DNA of 64,000 nt from Anthoceros angustus. Its lineage: Eukaryota > Plantae > Anthocerotophyta. Location: NCBI GenBank assembly GCA_010909165.1, contig MU008231.1, positions 51,389 through 115,388 on the forward strand, in the 5' to 3' direction. Both the position numbers and the translations under genes were made by a program. A model generated the notes under the pieces. The model worked only from the letters and a program-made list of their open reading frames with translations. It ran no database searches and was not told where the DNA came from. Positions 60,338 to 64,000 of the stretch are shown one piece after another; positions within the stretch are counted from its first letter, which is position 1, and the number at the start of each line of letters is the position of its first letter.

Positions 60338-60807
60338 ACAACAACGACAGAGCTATCTCAGTCCACAAAGGGTGCAAGGACCACCATGGACAAAAAACAT
60401 AGTGGGAAAAACAAAGGGGTACAACGCGTCGCGAAAGTTTTGCCACACTGTTCCAGCGTCACCTCCCTGAGATATGAGGATAAGATAATGGACACGAGGA
60501 AAAACGAGCGCTAACTTAACGCGGAAACATCCAAGGTTGGCAATTGCAGCATACACAGTAACGTGGAATTCCGCCAATTCAATTGAAGCAGCTTCGCATC
60601 TAAACACTGCGAAATTCTACAATTTCCAGATCCGGAAGTGGAAGTGCTTCAATCCATGCTTCCGACCGAAATGCAAGCAGGCCAAATTGCAAACATATCT
60701 ACCCTAACCCGGAATCTGAGGCCCAATGTCATATCCCCGACGCAAGCACGCCAAGCATGTCCAAATTGCTCCAATCGCCACAAATCTGAGACACAGCGGA
60801 TCTGCCA

Positions 60808-61031
60808 TCACACTTCCTTCGGCTGCTTCTTCACCTCCTCCTCCTCGTCGTCCTTGCGCGGAGCTTCGGAGTAGCTTCCGCTCAAATTGTCGTCAGGATC
60901 ATAGTCAGGATCGAGTGAGCGGCTGATGGCCTCGCGCCCGATTGAAGGCAGGGTTTGCAAGCCGCCTCCACGGCGGCCCAACCAAGCAGCAACGCAGCTC
61001 CGGCGAGAACCAGAGTCGTGACGACTCCCAT
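60808..61031 (-). CDS. OEP7: OEP7-like small chloroplast outer-envelope membrane protein (one frameshift at ~60935)
   Basis: Reconstructed MGVVTTLVLAGAALLLGWAAVEAACKPCLQSGREAISRSLDPDYDPDD...EEEEVKKQPKEV*; LGW..E.A.KP.L...R..I..S.DP..DPDD matches the OEP7 family pattern. Confidence 0.75.
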
Positions 61032-61520
61032 CTTCTTCTTCTCACCGCTGCGACCCGCGTCTGTGAGGTGCCATCGGCTTGCTGTCCAGCCAAGCACGCG
61101 GAGCCAAAGAGGTTTCCTTCGTGTCACTACACAACCATGTCCGCTTGGCCTCCCTTGACTGGCTTTGCCTCGTATTTATCAGTCATCAGTTATGTCCATA
61201 ATCAATCGTTATGTAAGTACATTTTATCCATAATAAAGATAAGAAATTTTATTTTATTAAAAAACTATAAGAAAAACCCATCCAGGACAATGAAGGTGGA
61301 CTTCGGGAAGGGGGGAGGGGGCGGTCAAGTGAAAAAGAGCGACTAAAACATATAGGCCTAACTTTCCGTCCCGAAAGGCTTGCGAAATTTTATGAAACAT
61401 CAAAACGGTGTCCATTTGGGGCCAAAAAAGAAATAAAAGAGTGGCTATTATTATAACACAAGCCTCCCGAGCCTTATGTTGATAGGTGTAGACCGCGTTG
61501 AAGCCTGGTGCCAAACTACA

Positions 61521-63750
61521 TCAGACACCTCGGGATGAGCCCCTGTCCTTGATGAACTTCTTCACCTTTGCGAGCCACTTTCCCTCTTTGAAATGCCGGT
61601 GGATCTCTTCAAGCTCCCTGATTATGTGATAAAACATTGGTCTCTTGTTTGGATCACCGTGCCAACATTCTTCTAGAAGCCTGCCACAACGGCAGTCATA
61701 ATCTTCTTCTCTGGTCATCTCAGGAGCCATATAACGACCTGGCAGCCGAACCGGGGTTAGATTACACCCTAACGGGTCCATGTTGGATAAGACTAGCAGA
61801 TGAGGTCCACATCAGCAGTGAGCCAGATAACCATTGCCCAAGTAGGACTTAAAGCCTTCGTCTGCGTCGTCGTATTCTGGCCCGACCTTTGCGCTGAACT
61901 CAGAATAGGGAACGCGGCCCCCATTACGCTCACGCCTCAGTAGATTTGCACAGAAGCCTGCCACCTTCACATGACCTCCTTTGTCCCGCATGAGGCTTCT
62001 GATAGCTTGCTGGAAGGTAGATTGATGAGTGGTTTGTCCCAGAAACTTCTTCAGACAGACCCACATTAGGACTCACTGGCTCCTTGCGGTAGTGGGCAGA
62101 ACGCATTGAAAACAGAACACCGAGCACGGATGTTAACATTACCTTGGACTGAGATCATGAAGGATAATTGCTTCTGGCTTGCGTTCATGTAGATAATTCA
62201 TTCCTCTGGTCATGCATACAGGACAGGCAGAAAATCTCAGAATTGAGGAGCTCCAGAGGCTTGAGCTTGACTCGTTTTTCAGATGTTTGAACAACCCTTT
62301 GCCTTGCCACATCAAGAGCAAACTTCACTGCTTTTACGGGCTCCAACTTTTTATGCTTGTCCAGATAATTGCGCAGAACCTGCCATTAGGGTAATAACAT
62401 AATCCCACATGTCATCTAGGCTTGTTCATCTGCAATAATATCCCAACAAGACCTCGCTTAATTCAGATTCAGAGCCACACCTGCGTCGGGAAGGTCACTC
62501 ATGATATTCCACATGGCTGCCTTCATATATACGCTGCAGGGAAGAAAGTTGAAGACACCGAGTGCATTTACGTTTACCACGTCACCACATTTTGCACGTC
62601 AGCCAGCGCTGTGCAGCAAATTCATTTGATTGGCAATTTGGCACCCCCTGCGAACCACTTCACAACATGCGCTACCTTACTCTGCCAGGACTGTAGCTTT
62701 ACCACTCGCCCTCCACAAGGACTTTCTTCTTCAATTGATGCAAGGCTTCCACATGCTTCCAGCAGACAGACACAAAATTCCAGCTGCCTGGCAACATTTC
62801 ACTCTGTGACACAGTGTCCAACACGCACGTGCATCAGCAAGGTTACCGCATTTTACATACATATGGACTTTCGTGCTCTGGGCAGATACATTTGATTCAT
62901 AGCACTATCTCACAACTGCAGCTTGAATTTGGTTGCCTTTGGCCACAGACTCTACTTTGAGTGCCAACCCATCAACAAGTGTTCCTTCTTCCATGTCTTT
63001 GACGAAAAGCAGAAGGTCAGGGTTGATTTCATATTCAGGCGAGTCTCGGTGCACATGGATGAAAAGGTTTTCTGAAAACCAAAAGATGAGCCACAACATA
63101 TCACAAGGCAGGTTCGGAGAATGGCAAGAATGATCCCCAAACGACCTACCACGATACCCTAAAGCAAACGTAGCCAAGGAATGAGCTCCCATTTCAAGCA
63201 AACTGTTCACACACAGGTCCGGTGAAAGGACAGCACAGGTATTCTGCCACCGTGCTTCTTCAGCAACTCCGACACCTCCTTCATCTCGTAGTGGTTTGCA
63301 TCTCGCAACGGCTGGAAACCACCAATTGCCAAGAGAGTCAACGTGTGCAAACGCACCAACCTGGGACACGCTGTACGCATGAGTGCAAAGGAACAAAATT
63401 GAAGAAGCCATTGAAGCACAGCAGAAACACCACAACAAGGCCGAGCATCACCGTGCTTCCCCATCGGTCTGCCGCGTTCACCTTGGCACCTTTCTCAATG
63501 TGGCCTTCACATGAAGCCACGTGCAATGCGGTGCGGTCGTAAATATCCGGGGAGTTCACGTCCAGTCCTCCCGCAAGAAGCGACTCTATTCCGTCCTTAT
63601 TGCCCTCCGGAGCTTAGAAGAGCAATTGGATTGTGTCCTCCATGTCCTCAGCCGTGGGCAACTCGTAGTCCTCATCTTGCAACGCATCTTCTGGCCTCAG
63701 AGGACTGTAGTCCAAGATGGAACCAATTGAGCCTAGCCGAGATCAGTGCT
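61521..63750 (-). pseudogene. ILK: Integrin-linked kinase family (ankyrin repeat + Raf-like kinase), multi-exon, probably decayed; 5' exon(s) may lie further right
   Basis: Exons: TIQLLF*..LDVNS..YDRTALHVASCEGH..KGAKVNAADRWGST / PLRDANHYEMKEVSELLKKHGG / SPEYEINPD / LRNYLDKHKKLEPVKAVKFALDVAR / GMNYLHERKPEAIILHDLSPR / GHVKVAGF / RYMAPE / LLEECWHGDPNKRPMF; most are bounded by GT-AG. Confidence 0.85.
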
Positions 63751-64000
63751 AGAAAGTAAAAACGTAACTTTCATTTCTCACAATTGCAAAAGTAACTTTC
63801 CCTTTCACTTTGTCACACTCTCTAAAATCACCCCAAAGATGTACTACCTACGTCAGAAGGGGCCCCGCTCTGGCGCGGCCTGTTCCTGTGCCGGAACAAG
63901 GAACACGAACAAGCAACGAGCCGCCGCGGAAGTATAAGTGCAGCAGACGACCCAGGTGAAGCAGTTGGCTCCCGGACTTGGGAAGAGCCATGAGGATGTC

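Overview
Repeat-dense plant (streptophyte) nuclear region; the species cannot be determined from the sequence. The assembly looks unpolished (single-base indels even in a host gene, one 424-N gap), so reading frames below were reconstructed by eye across frameshifts. Positions 1-55.4 kb are mostly nested transposons. (i) The 3' half of a non-chromoviral Ty3/Gypsy element with a ~4.3-kb 3' LTR. (ii) A Sola-like DDD transposase lying directly downstream of an ORF with the motif order of a beta-class DNA amino-methyltransferase (m6A/m4C); this is the most unusual signal. (iii) Two Ty1/Copia remnants, a TA-flanked MITE, an AT-hook ORF built from tandem duplications and a probable LINE remnant. (iv) A full-length 16.3-kb Athila-like element with ~5-kb LTRs, inserted in a solo LTR that itself interrupts a Copia. 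In three different Gypsy-type families the giant LTR itself carries a long ORF, and each family has its own multicopy palindromic motif. The last ~6 kb holds host genes: a molybdate transporter (MOT1 family), a tRNA-Lys-derived relic, an OEP7-like small membrane protein and a decayed integrin-linked-kinase (ankyrin-kinase) gene.
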